A stretch of 64,000 nucleotides of DNA. It comes from Candidatus Woesearchaeota archaeon (GTDB lineage Archaea > Nanobdellota > Nanobdellia > Pacearchaeales > GW2011-AR1). Numbering within the stretch: the stretch's first letter is position 1; each line of letters opens with the position of its first letter. The position numbers were made by a program, and so were the translations under genes. Location: NCBI GenBank assembly GCA_964545065.1, contig CAZJEO010000001.1, forward strand, positions 128,663 to 192,662. The letters are read 5' to 3'. Below the pieces are notes generated by a model that ran no database searches, was not told the origin of the DNA, and was given only the letters and a program-made list of their open reading frames with translations. Below are positions 39,004-48,663 of the stretch, piece after piece.

Positions 39004-39309
39004 ATGATAAGCTGGGAAGGATATGCTTTAAGCCTCTGCGAATTTGAGGTTTTAGTAACAGATAAATCTCATAAAAGATATGGGCAGAGAGGAAGGATAA
39101 CAGCACACCATGGTTGTAGGGGAAAAGGAAGTTATGATATTAAATTTGTGGACGACGAGGGAATAGAAGTTGAAGAAGAATTTTCTGGGAAATATGGTGA
39201 TGATCCACAAGGTACAAAAATGTTTTATAGGTATGATAATGATTTGGGAGCGATTTTTGATAAAGAGGGTCGAGGACCAAATAGTTTGGCTAGAGAGCTG
39301 TTGAGGTAA
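39004..39309 (+). CDS. Hypothetical protein
   Basis: 101-aa ORF directly after repeat copy 2. Confidence 0.6.
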   Translation: MISWEGYALSLCEFEVLVTDKSHKRYGQRGRITAHHGCRGKGSYDIKFVDDEGIEVEEEFSGKYGDDPQGTKMFYRYDNDLGAIFDKEGRGPNSLARELLR

Positions 39310-39417
39310 TAGAAGAAAAAGAATTAGTATAGTGCAATAATCATAACCAAAACATTTTTAAATCTAAATTATCATTAAATTATATCAAATTTTCTGTTTG
39401 AAAATTTATATATTAAC

Positions 39418-40704
39418 ATGGCAAAAGAAAAACCAAACATGAACGTTGTGTTCGTAGGGCACGTTGACGCTGGAAAGTCAACTTGTGTAGGTAGACTTTT
39501 GTTCGATAGTGGTGCTGTTTCTGAACAGGAAATGAAAAAGTTAAAGGAAGAGGCTGAAAAGCATGGTAAAGTAGGTTTTGAATTCGCTTATGTTATGGAT
39601 AAAATTAAAGAAGAAAGAGAAAGAGGGGTTACAATTGACTTAGCTTATAGGAAGATTTTAACTGATAAATTCCAAATCACAATTATTGACGCTCCAGGTC
39701 ACAGAGACTTTGTTAAGAATATGATTACTGGTGCTTCACAAGCTGACGCTGCATTCTTAGTTATTGCTGCTAAATCTGGTGTTCAACCGCAAACAACAGA
39801 ACACTTATGGTTATTGAGAACAATGGGTGTTCAAAATGTTGTAGTTGCTATTAACAAAATGGATGAAGTTGAATATAAAGAAGAAACATTCAACAAAGTT
39901 AAAGAAGATGTTTCTAAATTATTGAATCAGGTTGGTATAAAATCTGAGAACACAGAGTTCTTAGCTGTTAGTGGTTTACAAGGAGATAATGTTGCTAAGA
40001 AATCAGACAAGATGGCTTGGTATAAAGGACCAACAATTCTTGAACAATTTGATAAATTTCCACGACCAGAATTACCTACTAACTTGTCAATGAGAATGCC
40101 TGTACAGGATGTTTATGAAATTACTGGTATTGGTACTGTTCCTGTCGGAAAAATTGAAACAGGTATTATGAAAGTTGGACAAAAAGTTAAAGTACTTCCT
40201 GGAAGAACTGGAAAAGGAATTGACGGTGAAGTTAAGACAATAGAAATGCACCATGAAACACTTTCACAAGCAGATGCAGGAGATAATGTTGGAATAAATG
40301 TTAGAGGGGTAGGAAAGAAAGACATAGCGAGAGGAGATGTTATCTGTGACGCTGCTCATCCGATTCCTGTTGTTGAAGAATTCATTGCTCAAATTGCAGT
40401 AATAAATCATCCAACTGTTTTAGCTAAAGGTTATACACCTGTATTTCATGTTCACACAGCTCAAGTTCCTTGTCAATTTGTTGAACTTATTTCTCAAATT
40501 GATCCAAAGACAGGAGAAGTTATAAAAGAAAATCCAGACTTTTTGAAGAATGGAGATGTTGCTAAGGTTAGACTTAAACCTGCAGGAAACTTATGCTTAG
40601 AAACACAAAAAGACAATCCATTTATGTCAAGATTCGCTATAAGAGACGCAGGTCAAACTGTGGCTGCTGGAATGTGTATGGAAATTGTTAAGACTAAGGA
40701 ATGA
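39418..40704 (+). CDS. tuf: Elongation factor aEF-1alpha
   Basis: [27 protein letters not shown]. Confidence 0.97.
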   Translation: MAKEKPNMNVVFVGHVDAGKSTCVGRLLFDSGAVSEQEMKKLKEEAEKHGKVGFEFAYVMDKIKEERERGVTIDLAYRKILTDKFQITIIDAPGHRDFVKNMITGASQADAAFLVIAAKSGVQPQTTEHLWLLRTMGVQNVVVAINKMDEVEYKEETFNKVKEDVSKLLNQVGIKSENTEFLAVSGLQGDNVAKKSDKMAWYKGPTILEQFDKFPRPELPTNLSMRMPVQDVYEITGIGTVPVGKIETGIMKVGQKVKVLPGRTGKGIDGEVKTIEMHHETLSQADAGDNVGINVRGVGKKDIARGDVICDAAHPIPVVEEFIAQIAVINHPTVLAKGYTPVFHVHTAQVPCQFVELISQIDPKTGEVIKENPDFLKNGDVAKVRLKPAGNLCLETQKDNPFMSRFAIRDAGQTVAAGMCMEIVKTKE

Positions 40705-40907
40705 TTCTTGGAGATAAAATGGAACAAATAAATTCAAACAATCAATTAGATACATATATGGGATTAGATAGTGGGAGATTAGAAGGACTTTCTGGAGAAG
40801 AGTTGGATGGAGTGGTTTTACAGACAGGTCATTTTGAATCGGTTTCAGAAAAAAGGTATGGTTTTTGGCAGTATGGTTCTTTTGAAGAATATCCAAAAAA
40901 AGGGTAA
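40701..40907 (+). CDS. Small hypothetical protein
   Basis: 68-aa ORF overlapping the tuf stop; alternative start after a GGAG site. Confidence 0.45.
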   Translation: MILGDKMEQINSNNQLDTYMGLDSGRLEGLSGEELDGVVLQTGHFESVSEKRYGFWQYGSFEEYPKKG

Positions 40908-40976
40908 GACTGAGGAGTAAGTAAGTATATTTTTTACTGCAATTATATTTTTAAATAATTAATTTAGATTATTAAT

Positions 40977-41270
40977 ATGAGACAGATGAATCCTATTTTT
41001 ATACCAGAAAGTTATGAAAAAACTAACAATGGTGAGATGACATTCTATGGTCATCGATTGATACAAGGAAAAGATATTAGACTTATAGAGCATTTTGATG
41101 AAGAAGGGTTCATGCGGGCAGTTAATGTTTGGGGAATTTGTAGACCCTTAAAAAAATCTAATGGTGGTTTTGTTGCCTTGGACGAGAATATTGATATGGA
41201 AACTATGAGAGAATTAAGAGAACCTATTGAAGCCATGTATCCTAAACAAATTAATATAACCTTTTATTAA
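40977..41270 (+). CDS. Hypothetical protein
   Basis: 97-aa ORF with TTTAAATA upstream. Confidence 0.55.
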   Translation: MRQMNPIFIPESYEKTNNGEMTFYGHRLIQGKDIRLIEHFDEEGFMRAVNVWGICRPLKKSNGGFVALDENIDMETMRELREPIEAMYPKQINITFY

Positions 41271-41445
41271 TCAAAACTTTTAAAAACCAACTTCTACATT
41301 AAATTATACTAGGAAAGTATCACGTTGATATTATTATCACATTCACATTCAGTTTATTTTCATGAAGTAGTGAGAGAAAGAAGTATGAGATATTTTTCTA
41401 TATGAAATCATAAGATTTTGTAAAATTAAATACGGAGAAAAAAAC

Positions 41446-42573
41446 ATGGCAAAAATAAGTCCAGCATCGATCAAGTATATGATACATGCTCTTTTTATGG
41501 CTGAAGGTGCCTTAGAAAAACCTGACGTAATCGGAGCTCTATTCGGGCAAACAGAAGGTTTGTTAGGTTCTGACCTTGAAATGCGAGATTTGCAGAAAGA
41601 AGGAAAGATTGGAAGAATCGAAGTTGATTTGCAAAGAGAAGGTAAGAGAACAACTGGCGTTATCAAGATTCCTACTGCATTGGATCAATCAGAAACAACT
41701 CTAATTGGCGCGGCTATAGAAACTATTGAAAGAATAGGTCCTTGCGATTCTCAAATCGAAGTTGAAAGAATTGAAGATGTTAGAGGAAGCAAGAGAGATT
41801 ATATCCTTGAAAGAGCTAAAAAATTGATGCAAGAAATTTCAGGTTCTACAAATTCAAGAGAGATTTCTGAAGAGATTAAAGGTTCTTCAAGAATGAACGA
41901 TTTAACAGAGTATGGAAAGTCAAAACTTCCTTGTGGAGATTTATATGGAAACGAAGTTATAGTTGTTGAAGGAAGAGCAGATGTCTTGAATTTAATCAGA
42001 AATGGCGTTAAGAATGTAATTGCAATGAACGGGACAAAACTTCCTGATGAAATCAGAGAACTTGGTGAGAAGAAAGAACTCACTTTATTTGTTGATGGAG
42101 ATAGGGGAGGAAAGTTGATTACTCAAAATGTCCTTGACAATACGCGAGTTGCTTATATTGCAACAGCTCCTGATGGAAAAGAAGTTGAAGAGCTTACTGG
42201 AAAGGAAATTTTAATGGCTTTGAGAAAGAAAACTCTTGTTAAAGGATTTTCAAAAAGCGAAGCTAAAGTTGAATCTTCTGAAAGTTTTGAATTAAGTGAA
42301 GAAGATAAAGCTAAGCTTAAAGAAATCTCAGAGGCAAACGAAGGAACTGAAAAAGCAATTCTTTTGGATGGATCTTTAAACGAGATTAAGAAAGTTTCTG
42401 TGAAGAGTTTGAATGGCACTTTGAGAAGAACAAAAGAAGATGCTTTGATTCTTGTGATTGATGGAACTGTTACTAGTTCAACAATTAGTGCAGCTGAAGA
42501 AGCTAAGTGTAAAGTTATTGCGGCTAAAAACTTCGCGACAACTGATACAAATATTCAATTATTAAGTTTTTAA
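41446..42573 (+). CDS. dnaG: Archaeal DnaG primase
   Basis: EKPDVIGALFGQTEGLLG, VVEGRADV, DGDRGG TOPRIM. Confidence 0.95.
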   Translation: MAKISPASIKYMIHALFMAEGALEKPDVIGALFGQTEGLLGSDLEMRDLQKEGKIGRIEVDLQREGKRTTGVIKIPTALDQSETTLIGAAIETIERIGPCDSQIEVERIEDVRGSKRDYILERAKKLMQEISGSTNSREISEEIKGSSRMNDLTEYGKSKLPCGDLYGNEVIVVEGRADVLNLIRNGVKNVIAMNGTKLPDEIRELGEKKELTLFVDGDRGGKLITQNVLDNTRVAYIATAPDGKEVEELTGKEILMALRKKTLVKGFSKSEAKVESSESFELSEEDKAKLKEISEANEGTEKAILLDGSLNEIKKVSVKSLNGTLRRTKEDALILVIDGTVTSSTISAAEEAKCKVIAAKNFATTDTNIQLLSF

Positions 42574-42582
42574 TTTTCTAAT

Positions 42583-42604
42583 AGCCCCTTCGGGGGCTTT
42601 TTTT
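42583..42604 (+). terminator. Hairpin plus U-tract after dnaG
   Basis: AGCCCC-TTCG-GGGGCT followed by a T run. Confidence 0.75.
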
Positions 42605-42615
42605 ATTTTTTTATT

Positions 42616-42735
42616 TTAGCTGCTCGCCGAAGGCTTCGCAGATATGGAGGAAGAGATAATGTGGAAACGCTGGGTTAACTATTGAATGCGGATTTAGATT
42701 ATCAGTTTTATTTCAAGCGAGTTTATGAGCGAGCA
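42616..42735. repeat. Structured dispersed repeat R1
   Basis: Shares TTAGCTGCT, TAATGTG, TTAGATTATCAGTTT and ATGAGC with 45401-45543; TGCTCGC/GCGAGCA terminal pairing. Confidence 0.6.
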
Positions 42736-42901
42736 AACATCCAAGTGAACATCCCGAAATAAATTCACTCCATGTTCCTCACATTTAGTACTATAGAATA
42801 ACCATATTTTGTTGTCACCATAAAGTTTATAAAACAATTTTATGTATGCAGATTACAGAAAACTAAGCTTTTCTGCAATTAAATACAAAATGAGAAAAAA
42901 A

Positions 42902-44029
42902 ATGCAAACTAAAAAAGTTTTAATTTCTTTTTTAGCAATCGCAACTCTTTTATTCGCAGTAGCTATGGTTAGTGCTGCAGAAATAACTACAAACGCAGCT
43001 GTTGAAATCAATGGTGTTGATGTTGCAACTCATAACCTCAGTGTTATTGCTGGGGAAACAATTTCTGTGAAAGTTTCTTTTACATCTGATGTGGATGCAT
43101 CTAATGTAAGAATTGAAGCAGATCTTGAAGCTGACAAGGAAAGTGTTGATGCTGTAACTACTTCTTTTGATGTTAAAGTCGGAAAAAGATATGTTAAAAC
43201 ATTGACTCTTGTTGTTCCTTATGAGCTTAATGATGAAGTTAGTGATGATGTAACTCTTGACCTTAAGATTTTGAATGGAGATGACGAAACTGATTTAGCA
43301 GATATTGTTTTAACAACTCAAAGACCTTCATACAATACAGATATTGAAATACTTGCAGGCAACACACTTGAAGCTGGAAGAATTTCACCAATAGGTATTG
43401 TTTTGAAAAATGTTGGTTATAATGACTTAGAAGGCCTTAAGGTTACTGTTAGAATTTCTGAATTAGATGATATTTCTAACACAGTTTACTTTGGAGACTT
43501 AGTAGCAATTGGAGATGAAGATTATGAGGATACTATAAGTGACACAATTTACTTAACAATTCCTTATGATGTTACAGCTGGAGTTTACACTCTTGAAGTA
43601 GAAGTTGAAAACGACGATGGTTTACTCGGAACTGACGAAAGATCAGTTGCTGTGCAAAACGGTTTTCCTGAAGTTGGTATAAAATCTGGAGATAATTTAT
43701 TGGTTCTGAACCCTAGTAACCAATTGAGATATTACAGAGTAGTTTATCCGGCAGAAGAAGTAATCGTTGTTGTTCAACCACAATCAAGCAAGATAGTTCC
43801 AATAGAAACTCAAAGCGGAGAATACAATTTCGATGTTTTGATCTTTTCTGGAGATAAACTTGTCGGAACAGTTAATTTCAGTGGAGTTGAAGATGCAGAA
43901 TTAGCAAGCCCAATTGTCTTATTGACAGTTATCTTAGGAATAATCTTCCTAGTATTGTTAGTTGTGTTGATTGTTTTAATAACAAAGAAACCCCAAAAAA
44001 CTGAAGAGTTCGGCGAAAGCTACTACTAA
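42902..44029 (+). CDS. Acidic beta-rich cell-surface protein with C-terminal TM anchor
   Basis: Signal peptide ending VSA, Ig/CARDB-like segments (LKNVG, GVYTLEVEV), C-terminal TM and EEFGESYY. Confidence 0.75.
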   Translation: MQTKKVLISFLAIATLLFAVAMVSAAEITTNAAVEINGVDVATHNLSVIAGETISVKVSFTSDVDASNVRIEADLEADKESVDAVTTSFDVKVGKRYVKTLTLVVPYELNDEVSDDVTLDLKILNGDDETDLADIVLTTQRPSYNTDIEILAGNTLEAGRISPIGIVLKNVGYNDLEGLKVTVRISELDDISNTVYFGDLVAIGDEDYEDTISDTIYLTIPYDVTAGVYTLEVEVENDDGLLGTDERSVAVQNGFPEVGIKSGDNLLVLNPSNQLRYYRVVYPAEEVIVVVQPQSSKIVPIETQSGEYNFDVLIFSGDKLVGTVNFSGVEDAELASPIVLLTVILGIIFLVLLVVLIVLITKKPQKTEEFGESYY

Positions 44030-44142
44030 ATAAATTTTTATTTTTTTTATTTTTTTATTATATTAATAAAAAAGAGAGGTGATTTTTTTTATTATACTCT
44101 AGTTGGTACTGTGTTTAAATATGAAAAGATTGGGATAGAAAT

Positions 44143-44586
44143 ATGAAAGACTTGGTTAAGAAAGTTTTGAATGGGGGGAAGAAATCTGTGAAGGAAAGAT
44201 TTAATTATCAAAATCTAAAAGAAACCTTGGTTAATGTTGGCCTTGTGTGGTCTGGGTTTAAGGTTTCTAGTGTTACTTGTGCTTTTTTTGGGGGAGAATT
44301 AAACAGGTATAATACTGATGAACATCTTATGGCAGGAGCGGGAATTGGAACATTATTTGGGGGAGGAGTATATGGATTTCTTGTGAGCACAGCAGGTAAT
44401 ATTCTTTGGGAAGTTCTTGAAAACAAGCGAGATTTATATGGGGCTAAAGATTCACCAGTTAATTTGATTACAGATGTTATGGCGATTTATGTTGGTACCA
44501 TGATTCTTGCTCCTTTGATTGAGAAGGGTAAGGAAGCTATCGAATATAGAATGGAAAGAGGAAAAGAGGGGTTACTTAGGAAATAA
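44143..44586 (+). CDS. Hypothetical membrane protein
   Basis: 147-aa ORF with hydrophobic segments; H...WE...D pattern. Confidence 0.6.
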   Translation: MKDLVKKVLNGGKKSVKERFNYQNLKETLVNVGLVWSGFKVSSVTCAFFGGELNRYNTDEHLMAGAGIGTLFGGGVYGFLVSTAGNILWEVLENKRDLYGAKDSPVNLITDVMAIYVGTMILAPLIEKGKEAIEYRMERGKEGLLRK

Positions 44587-44587
44587 T

Positions 44588-44745
44588 TACTGCTTCGCAA
44601 ATTATCTGGCTCACAATTAACTCTATCTAATCGTTCGCTAAAAAAATTCTATTAATCCAATATCAGAATTATTATGAAGAACCTTGATGAAGTCTGGTTC
44701 TGAATTTTATCAATAAGCCGAGCGACTTTGGAGCGAAGCGAATTC
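44588..44745. repeat. Structured dispersed repeat R2
   Basis: CTGCTTC...TGGCTCA...TTCGCTAA colinear with 45401-45460; ends GAGCGAAGCGAATT. Confidence 0.5.
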
Positions 44746-45360
44746 TCAATCATCCAAAAGAGGCACAAATACAAAACCAGGAAATTCTTTTTTTAAGGTT
44801 AACTTGTTGTTTATTTTCTTGAATGATGTTAATGATTTATCTTGGCCAATCCCCAAGGGTGCGACAATGATTCCATTGTTTTTTAGCTGTGAAATAAGTT
44901 TGGGAGGAATTTCTTGATATCCTGCACTAATAATTATTCTATCAAAAGGGGCTTGCTCTGGTAAACCTTGCATTCCATTTTTATTGTAAACTTTGACATT
45001 GTTGTAGTTGGCTAAGGACTTTCTTGAGTGCTCTGCCAGTTGTTTTATTCTTTCAATTCCATAAACTTTTCCCTTATTTCCTATTATTTCTGAAATTAGG
45101 GCTAAAACATAACCGCTTCCAGAACCTATCTCTAAAACTTTCTGTCCTTTTTTTAAATCAAGGAGCGAGAGCATCATTGCGATTGTGTATGGTTGAGAAA
45201 TTGTTTGAGTTTGTGCTATTGGTAATGCAATATCTTCATAAGCATGTTTTTTTAATTCATTAGGTAAAAAATCTTCTCTTTTAACTTTTTCAAAAGCTGC
45301 CAGGATTTGGGCTGAAAAACCCCTTTGTTTTAGGGATTGGATGAGTTGGGTTTTGTTCAT
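44746..45360 (-). CDS. pcm: Protein-L-isoaspartate O-methyltransferase
   Basis: VKREDF, QTISQP, VLEIGSGSGY, APFDRI, FVFVPL. Confidence 0.93.
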   Translation of the reverse strand: MNKTQLIQSLKQRGFSAQILAAFEKVKREDFLPNELKKHAYEDIALPIAQTQTISQPYTIAMMLSLLDLKKGQKVLEIGSGSGYVLALISEIIGNKGKVYGIERIKQLAEHSRKSLANYNNVKVYNKNGMQGLPEQAPFDRIIISAGYQEIPPKLISQLKNNGIIVAPLGIGQDKSLTSFKKINNKLTLKKEFPGFVFVPLLDD

Positions 45361-45400
45361 GTAATTGATAGGAAAAGGAGATAGATAAATTTATTGGATA

Positions 45401-45543
45401 TTAGCTGCTTCTAAGATTAATGGCTCAACATCGGCTTTCAGACACGATGTTTCGCTAAGAATATAATTAATGTGAAAGAAATTTATTACGCTGATTATTA
45501 GATTATCAGTTTATTAATTTGCGAATGTTAATGAGCAAGAATT
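45401..45543. repeat. Structured dispersed repeat R3
   Basis: Matches R1 and R2 blocks; nested stems ACATCG/CGATGT, TTCGC/GCGAA, CTGAT/ATCAG. Confidence 0.6.
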
Positions 45544-45578
45544 TTTTATTATCAAACCTTCAAACTAACTATCTTACT

Positions 45579-45763
45579 AATTCCATCATGCATTTGCAGA
45601 CAACCCGCTGGTTTTCTTTACTCAAGCCCACACTCGTTTCTGTGGATTAGACTCGTGTAAACTCTCGGACTTTCCTCCCCCCAAGGGATGATTCTGGTGA
45701 ACCTCAAAGCATTGAACCCGATTTCTAATGCAATCCGGTGAAATCGCGAGCATGATGGGAATT
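45579..45763 (-). ncRNA. Structured RNA candidate, possibly a minimal RNase P RNA (alternatively a MITE)
   Basis: Terminal helix CCATCATGC/GCATGATGG; GAGGAAAGTCC (CR-I-like) and ACAGAAAC (CR-II-like) on the minus strand; CR-IV and CR-V not clearly canonical. Confidence 0.4.
45678..45704 (+). mobile_element. 27-nt micro-element copy
   Basis: CCCCCAAGGGATGATTCTGGTGAACCT; 3 differences from the outer copA unit. Confidence 0.78.
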
Positions 45764-48618
45764 TATACCTTTAAACTAACTATTTTTGAGATGCCATCAT
45801 GCATGCTAACACCATAAAGATTTGTAGCGTTTGAGATAATTTGGTCGTTGTGAGATATTATGATATATTGTCCTTTTTGCATGTATTTATTTAGGAGATT
45901 TGCAAGGCGTTCTGAGTTTCGCTTGTCCAGAGCTGCGTCAATTTCATCAAGTACATAAAAATAATATGGATTTAATTCTTGTATTGCAAAAATAAGTGAT
46001 AAAGCGACAAGGGTTTGTTCTCCTCCTGAAAGTGATTTGACATCAAAGTATTTTCCGTGTCCTGTTTTGACTGTTATGTTGATTCCTGCGACAAAAGGAT
46101 CTTTTCTATCTTCTATTTCAAGATATACTTGTCCTTTTTCACTTAATTGAGAAAAGATGCGAGAGAAGTTTTCATTGAGTGCTGTTAGTGTTTTGACAAA
46201 TGTCTTTTTCTTTTTTATATCAATTTCATGAATTATTTTCAAGATGCTCTCTTTTTCTTTTGCTATGATTTCTGTTTTCTCTTTTATTAAATCATATTCT
46301 TTTTTTACATGGTCATAAACCTCCAGAGAACGCATATTTACAGAACCGATTCGCGACATTATTTCTTGAGCTTTAGTTAGTTTTATTAAAAGTGCATCTT
46401 TTCCTGCTTTTATTATTTCAATGTTCGGGAAGCCGAGCATTTCTGTTTCAAGATTTTCCACTTCTGCATTAACTCTTGCTCTATCTATCTTTAAATTGTT
46501 CATTTGTTGTTCAATATTATAAATTGAATTTTTATTTGTAGAAAGAGTTGATTCACTTTCACGGATGTTTTTTTGTAGGGCGTCTCTTTCTGAAATTAAT
46601 TTCTGGAACTTCTTAATAAGCTCTTGCTCTTGTGCTTTCTTTTTTTCAAGTGATTCTTCTTTTTCGTTCATTTCGCTATTTAGCGCTTTAAGTTCTTGAA
46701 TTAAATCTTCTTCTTCTCTATTTAATTGCTTCAAGGAAATCTTTGAACGGTCAAATTCTCTTTGCTTAAATGAAATTTCTGAATTAATGTTTTCTTTTGT
46801 TCTCAAGGAAATCTCTTGAATCTCTATACGCGCTGTTTCATATTTCTGTTCTATGTTTGAAGTCTCATCAAAGTTTATCTCAAGGTTCTTTTTTCTTTTT
46901 GATAATTCTGTAAGTTCTCCTTTCAATATATCTATTTTTTCCTGAAGAGCTTTAATCTGATTTTTCTTTTCGTCTATGTTTAAAAGATTGATCAAATCTA
47001 ACTCTCTTTTTGAAACTTCTGAAGTGATTTGTTCTACTTGTTCTTTTATGATATCTCTTTGAGAATACAACTCGCTCAATTTTTTATCTGAATCCTCTAT
47101 CTCTTGTTTTAGATTTTCAATTTTTGGCAGTGTTTCTTTATGGATTGATTCAATATGTCCAGAAGTTATTTTACTTTTACAAATAGGGCAAACATCCATC
47201 TTAGCTATTTTTTCAATTAATTTGTTTTGTTTGTCGATTTCATATTCGTTTGCCGCAGAAATTTTTTCCATCTGAATTTCTTTTTTAGCCAGTGAATCCA
47301 AAAGGTCTTTTCTTTCTGCCAGCGAAACCTTTAGAGAGTGGAGTTTTTCTTCATTAGTGTTTCTATCAAATAAATCTTTTGAAAAAGACCTTATTTGCTT
47401 TAGAAGAAATTCTGATTCATTTGTATAATTTTGTAAGAGAATAGTTTTGTCGCTGATTCGTTCTTTGATTGATTTGAATTCTGATTTTATTGTATAGAAC
47501 TTTTTTCTTTGATCTTCTAATTCCTCTAGCTGTTTTTTCTTGTCTTCGATTTGCTTCTGGGTTTTTGAAGTGCTGGGGGAACTATTTAATTCTTTTATTG
47601 CTAATTCATTCTCATTTAAGGTTTGTGAGAACTCTTGTTTTTGCCTAGAGATTTCTGTAAGTTTTGATTCATAATTTTCAATTCTTACATTTATTCCTGC
47701 GAGTTCTGCTCTTATGTTTGCTATTTCCTGGTTGAGTTTTTCTTGTTCTAAGCCAGTTGATTTTTGGATTGTAGAATTTATTGAATTTATTTTTGATTCT
47801 GTTGTATCAATGGTAGTTTGTATTCCAAGATTTGTTTTTTTTATTTTTTCTATATTCTTGTTCTTTTTTGCTATTTCTTCTTCTATGGAAAGCGACTCTT
47901 TTTTCTTTTTGACTAAATCGTGGTAGATTATGCTTGCCTTATATCTCTTGATATCTTTTTCAAGTTTTTTGAATCTCAAGGCTTGCTGTCGTTCTTTTTC
48001 TAAATTATTCAAATAGCTTGTCCGTTCTCGTAAAATCGCAAGGGCTTCTTTTATTTTTTCTTCTGTTTTATCTAGTTCTTTTAGTGATCTTGTTTTACGG
48101 GTTTCATAGATTGCAATTCCTGAAACTTCTTCGATTATTTTTCTTCGTTCTTCTGACTGCATTCTTACTAAATTTTGGATTTCTCCCTGAAGGATTATGT
48201 TAAACCCATTAGGGTCTATACCTGCTTGAGCTAATAATGCCAAAACTTCTTGCCGTGTTTTTGTTTCTCCATTGATCTTGTAAATGCTCTGGCCATTTCT
48301 TCTTACGATTCTTTTTATTGAGATTTCGTTTTGGTCTATTGAAAAGGTTTTATCAGAATTGTCAAATGTCATTTCAACTGCTGCTTCTTTTGCTGGAGAG
48401 GCGGCTTTTGTTCCTAGGAAGATTAGGTTTTTTGCTTTGGCTGCCCGCATTGACTTTATGCTCAGTCTCCCCAACACAAAACACAGGGCATCTGAGATAT
48501 TGCTTTTTCCGTTTCCGTTTGGACCGAGGATGACATTTATTCCTGGTGTGAAAGGCACTTCTGTTTTTTTTACAAAGCTCTTGAATCCGTGCATCACTAA
48601 TCTTTTTATGTGGGTCAT
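45763..48618 (-). CDS. SMC-family ATPase with a central CxxC and no recognisable hinge
   Basis: GFKSF, GPNGNGKSNI, LSGGE, VLDEIDAALD; CPIC at residue 477 of 951. Confidence 0.88.
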   Translation of the reverse strand: MTHIKRLVMHGFKSFVKKTEVPFTPGINVILGPNGNGKSNISDALCFVLGRLSIKSMRAAKAKNLIFLGTKAASPAKEAAVEMTFDNSDKTFSIDQNEISIKRIVRRNGQSIYKINGETKTRQEVLALLAQAGIDPNGFNIILQGEIQNLVRMQSEERRKIIEEVSGIAIYETRKTRSLKELDKTEEKIKEALAILRERTSYLNNLEKERQQALRFKKLEKDIKRYKASIIYHDLVKKKKESLSIEEEIAKKNKNIEKIKKTNLGIQTTIDTTESKINSINSTIQKSTGLEQEKLNQEIANIRAELAGINVRIENYESKLTEISRQKQEFSQTLNENELAIKELNSSPSTSKTQKQIEDKKKQLEELEDQRKKFYTIKSEFKSIKERISDKTILLQNYTNESEFLLKQIRSFSKDLFDRNTNEEKLHSLKVSLAERKDLLDSLAKKEIQMEKISAANEYEIDKQNKLIEKIAKMDVCPICKSKITSGHIESIHKETLPKIENLKQEIEDSDKKLSELYSQRDIIKEQVEQITSEVSKRELDLINLLNIDEKKNQIKALQEKIDILKGELTELSKRKKNLEINFDETSNIEQKYETARIEIQEISLRTKENINSEISFKQREFDRSKISLKQLNREEEDLIQELKALNSEMNEKEESLEKKKAQEQELIKKFQKLISERDALQKNIRESESTLSTNKNSIYNIEQQMNNLKIDRARVNAEVENLETEMLGFPNIEIIKAGKDALLIKLTKAQEIMSRIGSVNMRSLEVYDHVKKEYDLIKEKTEIIAKEKESILKIIHEIDIKKKKTFVKTLTALNENFSRIFSQLSEKGQVYLEIEDRKDPFVAGINITVKTGHGKYFDVKSLSGGEQTLVALSLIFAIQELNPYYFYVLDEIDAALDKRNSERLANLLNKYMQKGQYIIISHNDQIISNATNLYGVSMHDGISKIVSLKV

Positions 48619-48663
48619 TAGTAAAAGAAAGAAAGGAGATTTTTAAAGTTTTATCGGATTTGA

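Noticed and set aside
41271..41445. Possible riboswitch or ncRNA upstream of dnaG
   Set aside because: Only a short AT-rich hairpin (TGATA/TATCA); no recognisable RNA motif.
44711..44730. CTCGGCTTA on the minus strand as a separated CR-V of a split RNase P RNA
   Set aside because: It could pair with AAG(T)CCGAG at 45664-45672, but it lacks the ACAxAA context, lies inside repeat R2 and is separated by pcm. Probably chance.
44850..44860. TCCCCAAGGG inside pcm
   Set aside because: No ATGAC or GCCT end; it encodes the ordinary APLG motif on the minus strand.
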